Assembly (NCBI GenBank): GCA_963769025.1
Contig: CAVYKI010000006.1
Location: forward strand, 96,001 to 160,000
Source of the DNA: an uncultured Verrucomicrobiae bacterium
GTDB taxonomy: Bacteria > Verrucomicrobiota > Verrucomicrobiia > Chthoniobacterales > Chthoniobacteraceae
Reading direction: 5' to 3'
Length of the DNA stretch: 64,000 nucleotides
Shown: one piece after another, positions 48,163-57,407 of the stretch
How the letters are laid out: every line of letters starts with the position of its first letter
Numbering within the stretch: the first letter of the stretch is position 1
Made by a program: the position numbers and the translations under genes
Notes under the pieces: model-generated
Told to the model about the DNA's origin: nothing
Database searches by the model: none
Seen by the model: only the letters and a program-made list of their open reading frames with translations

Positions 48163-49332
48163 ATGGCAGTCGAACTTTCCTACGTCCTTCTCACGCCTTA
48201 CTCGATCCGCAAGTCGAGGACCGGCGGCATTGTCTCGCGCCTTCTTTCCCGCACCGGGCTGGAGCTTGTAGCGGCGCGCCTTTTTTCGCCGAGCGCGGAA
48301 CTGGTCGAGAAATACGCTGCGGGGATGGTGACGGACGAGGACCCGACCCACCGTGCCGCGCAGGAGACGATTCAGAAGTATGTGCGCAAGCATTTTTCCG
48401 CGAAGGAATCCGGCACGAAGCGCCGGGTGCTGATTCTCGTCTTCCGTGGCGAGGACGCAGTGAAGAAGGTGCGCGAGGTGGTCGGCCACATCCTGAACGA
48501 GCGCACGTCCGGTGAGACAATCCGCGACACGTTTGGCGACTACATCACTGACAAGGACGGCCGTGTGATTTATTTCGAACCCGCGGTGCTCACTGCGCCG
48601 GATGTGGCGAGCGCGCGCGCGGACCTGAAGCTGTGGGCGGAATACTCCGACAGCGATGGCGGGTTGCTGGAAAAGGCGATTGATTATCCGCCGACCGCGA
48701 CCGTCCAGAACACGCTCGTGCTCATCAAGCCGGACAACTTCCGCTTTCCGAATGCGCGCCCCGGCGGCGTGATCGATCTTTTCAGCCGCACGGGCCTCTA
48801 CATCATCGCGTGCAAGGTCCACCACATGAGTGTCGCGCAGGCCGAGGAATTTTACGGCCCCGTGCTCGCCGTGCTGCAGGACAAGCTCCGCGGTCGCGCC
48901 GGTGAGGTCGCGAAGAAGGCGCTGGAGCCGTTGTTTGAAATGAAGTTCACCCCCGAGGTGGAAAAGGCGCTTGGCGAAATCCTCGGGCCGATCAACGGAC
49001 GTGAGAGCTGGGAGGACATCGTCGAGTTCATGAGCGGCCGCCGCCCGAGCGAGTGCCCCGCCGATCTCCGCGACCAGCCCGGCACGGAGAAGTGCCTCGC
49101 GCTGATCTACCAGGGGGAGGACGCTGTGCGAAAAATCCGCGAAGTCCTCGGCCCCACGGATCCTGCGAAGGCCCCGCATGGAACCATTCGCCGCGAGTTT
49201 GGCCAGACCATCATGGTCAATGCCGCGCACGCTTCCGACGCGCCGGAGAATGCGCAGCGCGAGATGGGCATCATCCGCATCGAGGAGAACAATTTCCGAA
49301 CCCTGATCGAGGCATGGCTTGCCAAAAAGTAG
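48163..49332 (+). CDS. ndk: Nucleoside diphosphate kinase with two tandem NDK domains
   Basis: Domain 2 has TLVLIKPD, GPTDP...GTIRREFG...NAAHASD. Domain 1 has SYVLLTP...GETIRDTFG without the catalytic His motif. Confidence 0.85.
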   Translation: MAVELSYVLLTPYSIRKSRTGGIVSRLLSRTGLELVAARLFSPSAELVEKYAAGMVTDEDPTHRAAQETIQKYVRKHFSAKESGTKRRVLILVFRGEDAVKKVREVVGHILNERTSGETIRDTFGDYITDKDGRVIYFEPAVLTAPDVASARADLKLWAEYSDSDGGLLEKAIDYPPTATVQNTLVLIKPDNFRFPNARPGGVIDLFSRTGLYIIACKVHHMSVAQAEEFYGPVLAVLQDKLRGRAGEVAKKALEPLFEMKFTPEVEKALGEILGPINGRESWEDIVEFMSGRRPSECPADLRDQPGTEKCLALIYQGEDAVRKIREVLGPTDPAKAPHGTIRREFGQTIMVNAAHASDAPENAQREMGIIRIEENNFRTLIEAWLAKK

Positions 49333-49377
49333 GCCGCCCGACCGCAACCGAAAACCGACAAACTGAAAACACCAACC

Positions 49378-50541
49378 ATGGAACTCGCTGAACGCGCCAC
49401 CATCCTCACTCCGTCCCTCACGCTCTCCATCGACAGCAAAGCCAAGGCGATGAAAGCCGAGGGCATCGACGTGTGCAGCTTCGGCGCGGGAGAGCCCGAC
49501 TTCGACACGCCCGACCACATCAAGCAGGCCGCCTCGGCCGCGCTGACCGCGGGCTTTACCAAATACACGCCGTCGAGCGGCATCCCCGAGCTGCGCCAGG
49601 CGATCAGCGAGAAGTTCAAGGCCGAGAACGGCATCGAATACTCGGCCAACCAGATCATCGTCAGCAACGGCGCGAAGCACTCGTGTCTCAATGCGATCCT
49701 CGCATGCGTCGGGCCCGGCGATGAGGTGATCATTCCCGCGCCGTACTGGCTGAGCTATCCCGAGATGGTGCGCATCGCGGGCGGCGAGCCGGTCATCGTG
49801 TCCACCAAGGAATCCAACGGCTGGAAGATGACCGCCGAGGAATTCGAGGACGCGATGTCGCCTCGCACGAAGATGGTCATCATCAATTCGCCCGGCAATC
49901 CGACCGGCGCCGTTTACACCGAGGAAGAGCTGCGAGCCATCGGCGAGGTCGCGCTCGGCGAAGACATCCTCATCCTCAGCGACGAAATCTACGAGAAGCT
50001 CACTTACGATGACGTGAAGCATGTCTCCATCGCCGCGCTCAGCAAGGAACTCTACGACCTCACCATCACCGTGAACGGCTTCAGCAAGAGCTACGCGATG
50101 ACTGGCTGGCGTCTCGGCTATCTCGGCGCGCCGGAGCAGATCGCGAAGGCGATCGACGCAATCCAGAGCCACTCGACGAGCGGTGCCACGAGCTTCGCTC
50201 AAAAGGGAGCGCTCGCCGCGCTCAAGGGCGACCAGCAGCCGGTCGAGGACATGCGTCAGGAGTTCGACATCCGCCGCCAGTACATGGTGGACCGGCTCCA
50301 GAAGATCAACCGCGTGACCGTCGTCGTGCCGCAGGGCGCGTTCTACGTCCTCGCGAACATCAGCGGGCTCGGCCTGAGCTCCACGAACTTCGCGGACCGC
50401 CTGCTCAGCAAGCATCATGTGGCCGTTGTCCCGGGCGTCGCCTTCGGTGATGACCGCACCGTGCGCCTGAGCTACGCGACGAGCCTCGACATCATCAAGC
50501 AGGGTCTCGACCGGTTCGAGGAATTCTGCCGCCAGCTGTAG
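49378..50541 (+). CDS. Class I PLP aminotransferase (aspartate aminotransferase-like)
   Basis: GAGEPDF, NSPGNPTG, SDEIY, SKSYAMTGWRLG. Confidence 0.93.
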   Translation: MELAERATILTPSLTLSIDSKAKAMKAEGIDVCSFGAGEPDFDTPDHIKQAASAALTAGFTKYTPSSGIPELRQAISEKFKAENGIEYSANQIIVSNGAKHSCLNAILACVGPGDEVIIPAPYWLSYPEMVRIAGGEPVIVSTKESNGWKMTAEEFEDAMSPRTKMVIINSPGNPTGAVYTEEELRAIGEVALGEDILILSDEIYEKLTYDDVKHVSIAALSKELYDLTITVNGFSKSYAMTGWRLGYLGAPEQIAKAIDAIQSHSTSGATSFAQKGALAALKGDQQPVEDMRQEFDIRRQYMVDRLQKINRVTVVVPQGAFYVLANISGLGLSSTNFADRLLSKHHVAVVPGVAFGDDRTVRLSYATSLDIIKQGLDRFEEFCRQL

Positions 50542-50561
50542 TCCTCGGCCGAGCCAGCATT

Positions 50562-51419
50562 TCAAGCGCCGCCAGTCGTGAGATTGGCGGCGCTTTCCTT
50601 TTCCCGTTCCACGGCTTCGAGCATTCGCAGCGACTGCACCGCCGCGCGGACATTGTGAACGCGGAAAATCAGCGCCCCTCGCAGGAAGCCCGCAGTGATG
50701 CACGCGACCGTGCCCGCATCGCGTTCCGCGGGCGGCAGTCCGAGCACGTCGCCGATGACGGTCTTGCGAGAGACGGGCAGGAGGATCGGCCGGCCGAAGC
50801 GATGCAGCCGTTCGAGATCCCGATAGATCCGCAGGTTGTCGTCGCGCTGCTTCGCGAAATCGATTCCTGGGTCGAGGACGATGGCTTCGCGCGCCAATCC
50901 CGCATTCTCGGCGAGCGCGATCCTTTCAGTGAAGAACTTGTCCAGACTTTGCATCACGTCTCCATAGCTGACATGCGTGTGCGGAATCTTTGGCGTGCCG
51001 ACCGTGTGCATGATGAGCAATGCCGCGCCGGTCCCGGCGCAGATGCGCGCATTCTCGTCCGACGGGAGGCCGCCGATGTCATTCAGGATGTCGCCTCCAG
51101 CCGCGAGGGCGATGCGCGCGACCTCGGGACGCCAGGTGTTGATCGAAAGGGGAATGCTCGCATCCCAGCGCTCGATGAAGCGGACGAGCTGCGCGGTTTC
51201 CTCAGCGGCGGGCAGCGCCTCGCGGTTCGTCCGAGCGCTCTCGGCGCCGATGTCCACGATGTCCGCGCCTTGCGCGACGAGCTGGTGCGCATGGGCGAGC
51301 GCAGCGTCGATTTCCGTGATGCCATCGCCGGAGAATGAGTCCGCGACGAGGTTCACGATGCCCATCACGAGCGCCGGACGCGGAAACTGAAACGTGAATC
51401 CCCGCGCGACCAGCTTCAT
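50562..51419 (-). CDS. folP: Dihydropteroate synthase
   Basis: MGIVN..DSFS, DIGAES, LIMH, LDPGIDFAK, SRK, RVHNV. Confidence 0.9.
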   Translation of the reverse strand: MKLVARGFTFQFPRPALVMGIVNLVADSFSGDGITEIDAALAHAHQLVAQGADIVDIGAESARTNREALPAAEETAQLVRFIERWDASIPLSINTWRPEVARIALAAGGDILNDIGGLPSDENARICAGTGAALLIMHTVGTPKIPHTHVSYGDVMQSLDKFFTERIALAENAGLAREAIVLDPGIDFAKQRDDNLRIYRDLERLHRFGRPILLPVSRKTVIGDVLGLPPAERDAGTVACITAGFLRGALIFRVHNVRAAVQSLRMLEAVEREKESAANLTTGGA

Positions 51420-52229
51420 GGGAGCGGCACCGCCGAGCGTTTCCGGCGGGCGAAACGCAGCGTGTGCGTGTAGCCGCAGCCCTTTGCCAGCGCGATGGCC
51501 TCCTCGAATCCTGCACCGACATCGGCAGGGGTGTGTGCGTCGGAGTTGATCAGCAGCGGCACGCCGGCCGCGTGCGCGAGTTCGAGAAAGCCGCGTGCAG
51601 GATACACCTCGCGGCAGTCGCGCCGCAGTCCGGCGGTGTTGATCTCAAACGCCATGCCCGTCTCTGCGAGTGCCGCGACGGCCGGCTCGTAGAATCTCCG
51701 CAGGTCTCCCTTTGGAGTGATGCCGAATTTTTTCGGCAGATCCGGATGCGCGACGAAATCGAAGAGCCCGCTCCGGATGCACATCCCGTAACAGATCCCA
51801 GTAGTCGCTCCAGATTTCCTCCGCGTGCGCCTCATGCCGGCCGACGTATTTCGGGTGATCGACCTCCCAGCCTTTTCGCAGGTAGTGCACGCTTCCGATC
51901 AGGTAATCCCACTCCGCCATTCCCGCGAGTTCCTCGATCCACGCTTCCTGGCCGGGGATGAAATCGCATTCGAGCCCGAGCTTGATGTTGAGCTGCGGAA
52001 ACTTGGCGCGCGCGCTCGCGACTTCGTCGAAATATTGCGGCAGATCCTCGCGCAGCATCCGCCAGTCGTCGAAATACTGCGGCATGGGATTGTGGTCCGC
52101 GAAGCCCAGCTCCCCGAGGCCGCGCTCCACGGCCACGCGCGCATATTCGCCCGGCCATCCCTCCGCGTGGCGGCAGAGCGGCGTGTGGGTGTGATAATCG
52201 GCGAGCGCGGCGAGTGGTGTGGCGGGCAC
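51416..52229 (-). CDS. HisJ-family PHP histidinol-phosphatase, one frameshift
   Basis: DYHTHT..CRHA, ADHNP, GLECD, IGSVH, AHPDLPK, EINTAG, NSDAH. Confidence 0.88.
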
Positions 52230-52314
52230 GGGCGCATGTTCGCACGGTTGCCCCGGTCAAATGCCACACAAAATTCACTCGTCACCTCCCCAAGTCGCCA
52301 CGACAGTTCGGGCC

Positions 52315-53358
52315 ATGTTGCGTTTCGTAGAGACAGTTTATGAAAAGCTGAAACGGCACCCGAAGCGGATCGTTTTTCCGGAAGGCACCGAGCCTGCCGT
52401 CGTGCGGGCTGCCGGTCGTTTTGCCCGCATGGGTCTCGGTACGCCCGTGCTGCTCGGCCAGCGCGCCGATGTGGAGAAGGCAGCCGCCGCCGAGAAGGTC
52501 GATCTGAACCACGTCGGGATCGTGGATCCGGCGAAGTCGTCCGAGATGGAGACATTCATCCCGCGGCTCGAAAAGCTGAAGCGCTACCGTGACATGGGTT
52601 CCAGGCAGGCGCGCGAAATCCTCTCCCAGCCCAATTATTTTGCCGCGATGATGGTGCAGTACAACCTCGTGGACGGACTCGTCGTCGGCGCTGGCCTCAC
52701 GCCCGTGAGCACGCTCCGCCCGCTCATCCAGCTCATCAAGCCGCTGCCCGGCATCTCCACGATCTCGAGCTGCCAGATGCTCGACCTCAGCAACAAGCGC
52801 TACGGCGAGCGCGGCGTGATTTTCTTCGCCGACTGCGCCGTCATCCCCGAGCCCACGGTGGAGCAGCTCGCGCACATCGCCATCGAGACCGGCAAGGTCT
52901 GCCGCCAGCTCACCGGCAACAAGCCGCGCGTCGCCTTCCTCAGCTTCTCGAACAAGGGGGGGTCGCAGATCCCTGCGGTGCAGAAAATGGCCGCCGCCAC
53001 CGCCCTCGCAAAACAGCGTGCGCTGGAGGCCGGCCTCGAAATGGAGATCGACGGTGAGATGCAGGCCGATGCCGCGATTGTGCCGGACCTCGCGGCCATC
53101 AAGGCCCACGAAAGCCTCGTCGCGGGCAAGGCCAACGTCCTCATTTTCCCCGACCTGAATAGCGCGAACATCTCCTCCAAGCTTGTGAAGCATCTCGCCG
53201 GCGCGGAGGTTTACGGTCAGTTCCTGCTCGGTCTCTCGCGCCCGTGCGCGGACGTCTCGCGCGGTGCGACGGACGAGGAAATCCTCGGCGTCGCCGCCAC
53301 CGCCGGCCTGCTGGCGATACAATACCGGACGCTTTACCCCGAGCAGTCCGCGAGCTGA
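52315..53358 (+). CDS. pta: Phosphate acetyltransferase (catalytic PTA_PTB domain only)
   Basis: KRIVFPEG, FADCAVIP, AFLSFS, IDGEMQADAA, ANVLIFPDL, DVSRG. Confidence 0.88.
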   Translation: MLRFVETVYEKLKRHPKRIVFPEGTEPAVVRAAGRFARMGLGTPVLLGQRADVEKAAAAEKVDLNHVGIVDPAKSSEMETFIPRLEKLKRYRDMGSRQAREILSQPNYFAAMMVQYNLVDGLVVGAGLTPVSTLRPLIQLIKPLPGISTISSCQMLDLSNKRYGERGVIFFADCAVIPEPTVEQLAHIAIETGKVCRQLTGNKPRVAFLSFSNKGGSQIPAVQKMAAATALAKQRALEAGLEMEIDGEMQADAAIVPDLAAIKAHESLVAGKANVLIFPDLNSANISSKLVKHLAGAEVYGQFLLGLSRPCADVSRGATDEEILGVAATAGLLAIQYRTLYPEQSAS

Positions 53359-53370
53359 GGGCAGGGGCTG

Positions 53371-54462
53371 ATGAACAGTATCACCAAGCGGCTTTTCATC
53401 GCCGCCACCCAGCAGAACGACGGCAAGACCACCGTCTCGCTCGGCATCTTCGGCGCGCTGCGAAAACTCCAGGGGCGCATCGGATTCATCAAGCCCGTCG
53501 GCCAGCGCTTCGTGGAGATCCAGGGACACAAGATCGACGAGGACACGGTGCTCATCGACCAGACGTATGGCATCGGCTCGCCGCTCGAGGCGATCAGCCC
53601 GATCTCCGTGGAGCCGGATTTCACGCGGAAATTCATCCAGCAGGCAAACTCCGATCTCCTCGTCCGCCGCATCCAGAATTCCTTCGACCGCGCGGCGTGG
53701 GAAAAGGACTTCGTCATCATCGAAGGCACCGGCCACGCGGGAGTCGGCTCGGTCTTCGACCTTTCCAATGCGCATGTCGCAAAGCTTCTCAACAGCAAGG
53801 CCATCCTGATCACCCGCGGCGGAATCGGACGGCCCATCGACGAGATCGCGCTCAATCGCGCCTTGTTCAAGGAGGAGGGCGTCGAACTGCTCGGCGTGAT
53901 CCTCAACAAGGTGCGTCCCGATAAATTCGACCACGTGACGGAGTTTGCCCGCCGCGGATTCGAGCGGCTCGGCATCGAGCTGCTCGGCGCGATTCCCGCC
54001 GATCCGCTGCTCACGCACCCGACGCTCGGCGAGGTCTGCAAGGCGGTGAACGGCGAACTCATCAACGCGCGCGCAAGCTCTCGCCGGCTCGTGCGTCACG
54101 TGCTCATCGGCGACATGGGCGCGGCCCACCTGCTCACTTTGTTCCGCCCCGGCACGCTCGTCGTCACGCCCGGGGATCGCGGCGATGTCGTGCTCGCCGC
54201 ACTTTCGCACACCAGCAGGCACCCGCGGGGAATGTGCGGCCTCGTGATGAGCTACGGCTATCAGCCGCCCGAGAGCGTCATGAATCTCCTCCGCGAAAGC
54301 GATCTGCCGGTCATCACTTCGCCGCTCGACAGCTACAGCATCGCCAGCACGCTGCACTCCATGACCGTGAAAACGCTCCCCGGCGACAACGAGAAGATCC
54401 AGCGCATCCAGAGCCTCGTCGAGCAGCACGTGAATGTCGCCCGGATCGTCGAGAAGCTTTGA
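53371..54462 (+). CDS. BioD-like P-loop plus DRTGG protein (N-terminal region of long-form Pta as a separate gene)
   Basis: ATQQNDGKTT, GFIKPVGQ, IIEGTGH, GVILNK, VVTPGDRGDV. Confidence 0.85.
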   Translation: MNSITKRLFIAATQQNDGKTTVSLGIFGALRKLQGRIGFIKPVGQRFVEIQGHKIDEDTVLIDQTYGIGSPLEAISPISVEPDFTRKFIQQANSDLLVRRIQNSFDRAAWEKDFVIIEGTGHAGVGSVFDLSNAHVAKLLNSKAILITRGGIGRPIDEIALNRALFKEEGVELLGVILNKVRPDKFDHVTEFARRGFERLGIELLGAIPADPLLTHPTLGEVCKAVNGELINARASSRRLVRHVLIGDMGAAHLLTLFRPGTLVVTPGDRGDVVLAALSHTSRHPRGMCGLVMSYGYQPPESVMNLLRESDLPVITSPLDSYSIASTLHSMTVKTLPGDNEKIQRIQSLVEQHVNVARIVEKL

Positions 54463-54485
54463 CCGGGACCGCCGACCAATTTTTT

Positions 54486-54600
54486 TGAAACGCAGAGACT
54501 CGGAGACGCAGAGGGAGGCAAGACCGGTTCGGATATGCAACCCACGGTGGCTTGCGGTTCCGACCCTTCTTCCTCTGCGTCTCCGCTTCTCCGCGTTTCA
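54486..54600. repeat. Extragenic imperfect inverted repeat (about 30-bp arms) with internal 8-bp periodicity, REP-like
   Basis: Left arm tgaaacgcagagactcggagacgcagagg; reverse complement of the right arm tgaaacgcggagaagcggagacgcagagg. Confidence 0.85.
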
Positions 54601-54670
54601 TCGATCCGTGAGCGTCCATCGTTGCGGCTAAGGTGAAGGACCGCGCGTGGTGGAGAGAGCAGTGTCACGC

Positions 54671-56002
54671 ATGTTGCGCATCCTCTTCATCCTCGCCGTC
54701 ATCCTCGCGCGCCCCGTTTTCGGCGCGGAGGCGGATGCGCGCCCCGTGAGTTTCCGCACGGAGATCGCGCCGCTGCTGCAGCGCCGTTGCGCCGCGTGCC
54801 ACTGCGAGGAGAGCGCGAAGGGCGGATACCGGCTCGACACCTTTCAGCTCCTGCAAAAGGCGGGCGACGGCGGGGATGCCCCGCTGATCGCCGGCAAGGC
54901 GAAGGACTCCCCCCTTTTCAAATTCCTCGTCGCGAAGGACCCCGAGGACCGCATGCCGCAGAAGGCCGACGCGCTTCCTGATTCCGAAATCGCGCTCATC
55001 GAACGATGGATCAATGCCGGAGCCGCCTACGACGGCGGCGATCCCGCGCGTCCGCTCGCCGAACTTTTGCGCGAGACGTTCCTTCGCCCCGCGCCTGCGC
55101 GCTACGCCCGCCCCGTGCCCATCACCGCGCTCGCATTCAGCGGCGACGGAAAGCGCCTCGCGGTCAGCGGCTATCGCGAAGTCTCCTTCTGGGATCCCTC
55201 GACCGGCACGCTCGTCCGCCGGCTCGGCGGGATGCCCGAGCGCATCAGCGCCCTCGCGTGGCATCCGAGGCGCAACCTCCTCGCCGTCGCCGGCGGCACG
55301 CCGGGCCAGTGGGGCACCGTCGCGGTCGTGGATGCTTCGCATGGCTATGCCGTCCGCTTTCTCTGCGACCTCCCCGAGATGGCGCTCAGCGCCGCCTTTG
55401 ACAAGGACGGCACCACGCTCGTCGCCGGATGCGGCGACCGCACGATGCGCCTCTTCGATGTCTCCACCGGAAAGCAGACCCACATCCTCCGCCAGCACGC
55501 CGACTGGGTGCAGGCCGTCGCGTTCAATCCCGGCGGCACCCGCCTCGTCTCCGTGAGTCGTGACCGCACCGCCCGCGTCTTCGACACCGCGAAGTGGGAA
55601 ATCAGCGCCACTTACCAGGGCCACGACTCGCCCGTGCTCGCCGCCACATTCACCGCCGACGGCTCGCGCATCTACACCGCCGCCCGCGGCACCGGCCACG
55701 TGTGGCATCCCGAGCAGGCGAACAAGCGCGGCGACATCCTCGAACTCCACGGCGACGTGCGCCAGTTCGCCGCCGGCACCTTCGGCGTCGCCGCCGGATG
55801 CGGCGACGGCGCAATCCGCATCTACCAGGCCGACGGCAAACTCCCCTGGCTCACCCTCACCGGCCACCGCGACGCCGTGCAGTCGCTCGCCGTCGCCTCG
55901 CGCAGCGAATGGATCGCCAGCGGCAGCGCCGACGGCGAAGTCATCATCTGGAGCCTCGACTGCGCCACATGGCTCACCCGCTTCACCGCCGTGCCGAAGT
56001 AG
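54671..56002 (+). CDS. Planctomycete cytochrome c domain plus WD40-repeat protein
   Basis: Signal peptide, CAACH...GGYRLD...RMP...LIERWINAGA, then WD40 repeats (HADWVQAVAF, GHDSPV, GHRDAV...GSADGEVIIW). Confidence 0.88.
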   Translation: MLRILFILAVILARPVFGAEADARPVSFRTEIAPLLQRRCAACHCEESAKGGYRLDTFQLLQKAGDGGDAPLIAGKAKDSPLFKFLVAKDPEDRMPQKADALPDSEIALIERWINAGAAYDGGDPARPLAELLRETFLRPAPARYARPVPITALAFSGDGKRLAVSGYREVSFWDPSTGTLVRRLGGMPERISALAWHPRRNLLAVAGGTPGQWGTVAVVDASHGYAVRFLCDLPEMALSAAFDKDGTTLVAGCGDRTMRLFDVSTGKQTHILRQHADWVQAVAFNPGGTRLVSVSRDRTARVFDTAKWEISATYQGHDSPVLAATFTADGSRIYTAARGTGHVWHPEQANKRGDILELHGDVRQFAAGTFGVAAGCGDGAIRIYQADGKLPWLTLTGHRDAVQSLAVASRSEWIASGSADGEVIIWSLDCATWLTRFTAVPK

Positions 56003-56011
56003 TGCGCTGAA

Positions 56012-57405
56012 CTACGCGAAAATCGCGGAGATCGGTTCCCCGTCCGCTGCATGCACGGGGCGCGCGTCGGCGGTGCGGAGCTCCGTCTGCGGGTCGATGC
56101 CGAGCGCGGTGGTAGATCGTCGCGGCGAGGTCGTCGGGGCGCACGGGGTCCTCGGCGGGATAGGCGCCGTTCTTGTCGCACGCGCCGTAGACGAAGCCGC
56201 GCTTCACGCCGCCGCCGGCGAGCAGCGTGGTGTAGCACTGCGGCCAGTGGTCGCGGCTCGCGTTCTTGTTGATGTTCGGCGTGCGGCCGAATTCGCCCAT
56301 CCACACGACGAGCGTGTCGTCGAGCAGGCCGCGCTCGTCGAGGTCGTTGAGCAGCGTCGGCAGCGTCTGCTCGGTGATCGGCAGGTGATACTTCTCGATG
56401 ATGGGGAACATGCGCGTGTTGTCGAAGCCGTGCGTGTCCCAGCCGCCCTCGGTCGTGCTCTGCCCGCCGATGCTCGGTCGAGAAATAGACGGTGACGAAC
56501 TTCGCCCCCGCCTCGACGAGCCGCCGCGCGAGCAGGCAGCTCTGGCCGTAGGTCGTGCGGCCGTAGGCGTCGCGCACCTTCGTCCGGCTCGGCGGAGAGG
56601 TTGAACGCCTCGCGCAGCTTCGGCGACTGGAGCATGCCGATCGCGCGGTCGTAGTAGCCGTCGAGCCCGCGCGCCTGCGCGGAGTAATCCAGCAGCCGCG
56701 CCTGCGCGTCGACGAGCTTCTGCAGCTCGCGCCGCGCCTGCAGCCGCTCGAACGGGATGCCCTCCGGCAGGCTCAGCTCCGGCAGCGCGAAGTCGGCGCA
56801 GTTCGGGTCCTGCGGCACGAGCAGCGGGTCGTGCGCCTTGCCGAGGAAGCTCGCGTGCTGGCCCGGCGTGACCGAGCCGTCGCTGATGACGTGCGGGTAC
56901 GAGACCGCCGTCGGCATCTCGCCGCGCACCGGGCGCGAGCTTGTCGACGACCGAGCCGTAGCCGGGGAACAGATCGAGCGAATCGCGCAGCCGCTGATCG
57001 TCGCTCGGCGGCGCGTGCCCGGTCAGCGCGTAGTAGCCGGCCGAGTTGTGATTCTTCATCGTGTGATGCATCGAGCGGATGAGCGTCACCTTGTCCATCA
57101 TCTTCGCCGTCTTCGGCAGCTTCTCGCACACCTGGATGCCGTCGCGCCTTGCTGGAGATCGGCTTGTGCGGCCCGCGGATGCCCTCCGGCGCGTCCGGCT
57201 TCATGTCGAACATGTCGACGTGCGACGGCCCGCCCCACTGGAAGAGAAAGATGACCGACTTCGCCCGCGGCTTGATGCGCTGCGGCTCCTCAGCGCGCGG
57301 AGCAGGCCGCGGCATGTTCAGCCCGAGCAGACCGAGGCCGCCGACTTTCAGCGCGTGGCGGCGGGAGATCGCGGTGTGGAAGCTGGAGCAGGCAAACGGA
57401 TTCAT
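56012..57405 (-). CDS. DUF1501 Tat-exported protein, frameshifted
   Basis: SRRHAL, KSVIFLFQWGGPSHVDMFDMKP, GQSCLLARRLVEAG, WDTH, GEFGRTP, RDHWP. Confidence 0.9.
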
Positions 57406-57407
57406 GG

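Noticed and set aside
48064..54540. Very long antisense ORFs (48064..50703, 52282..54540; likewise 36614..38770)
   Set aside because: They are shadow frames of well-identified high-GC genes on the opposite strand.
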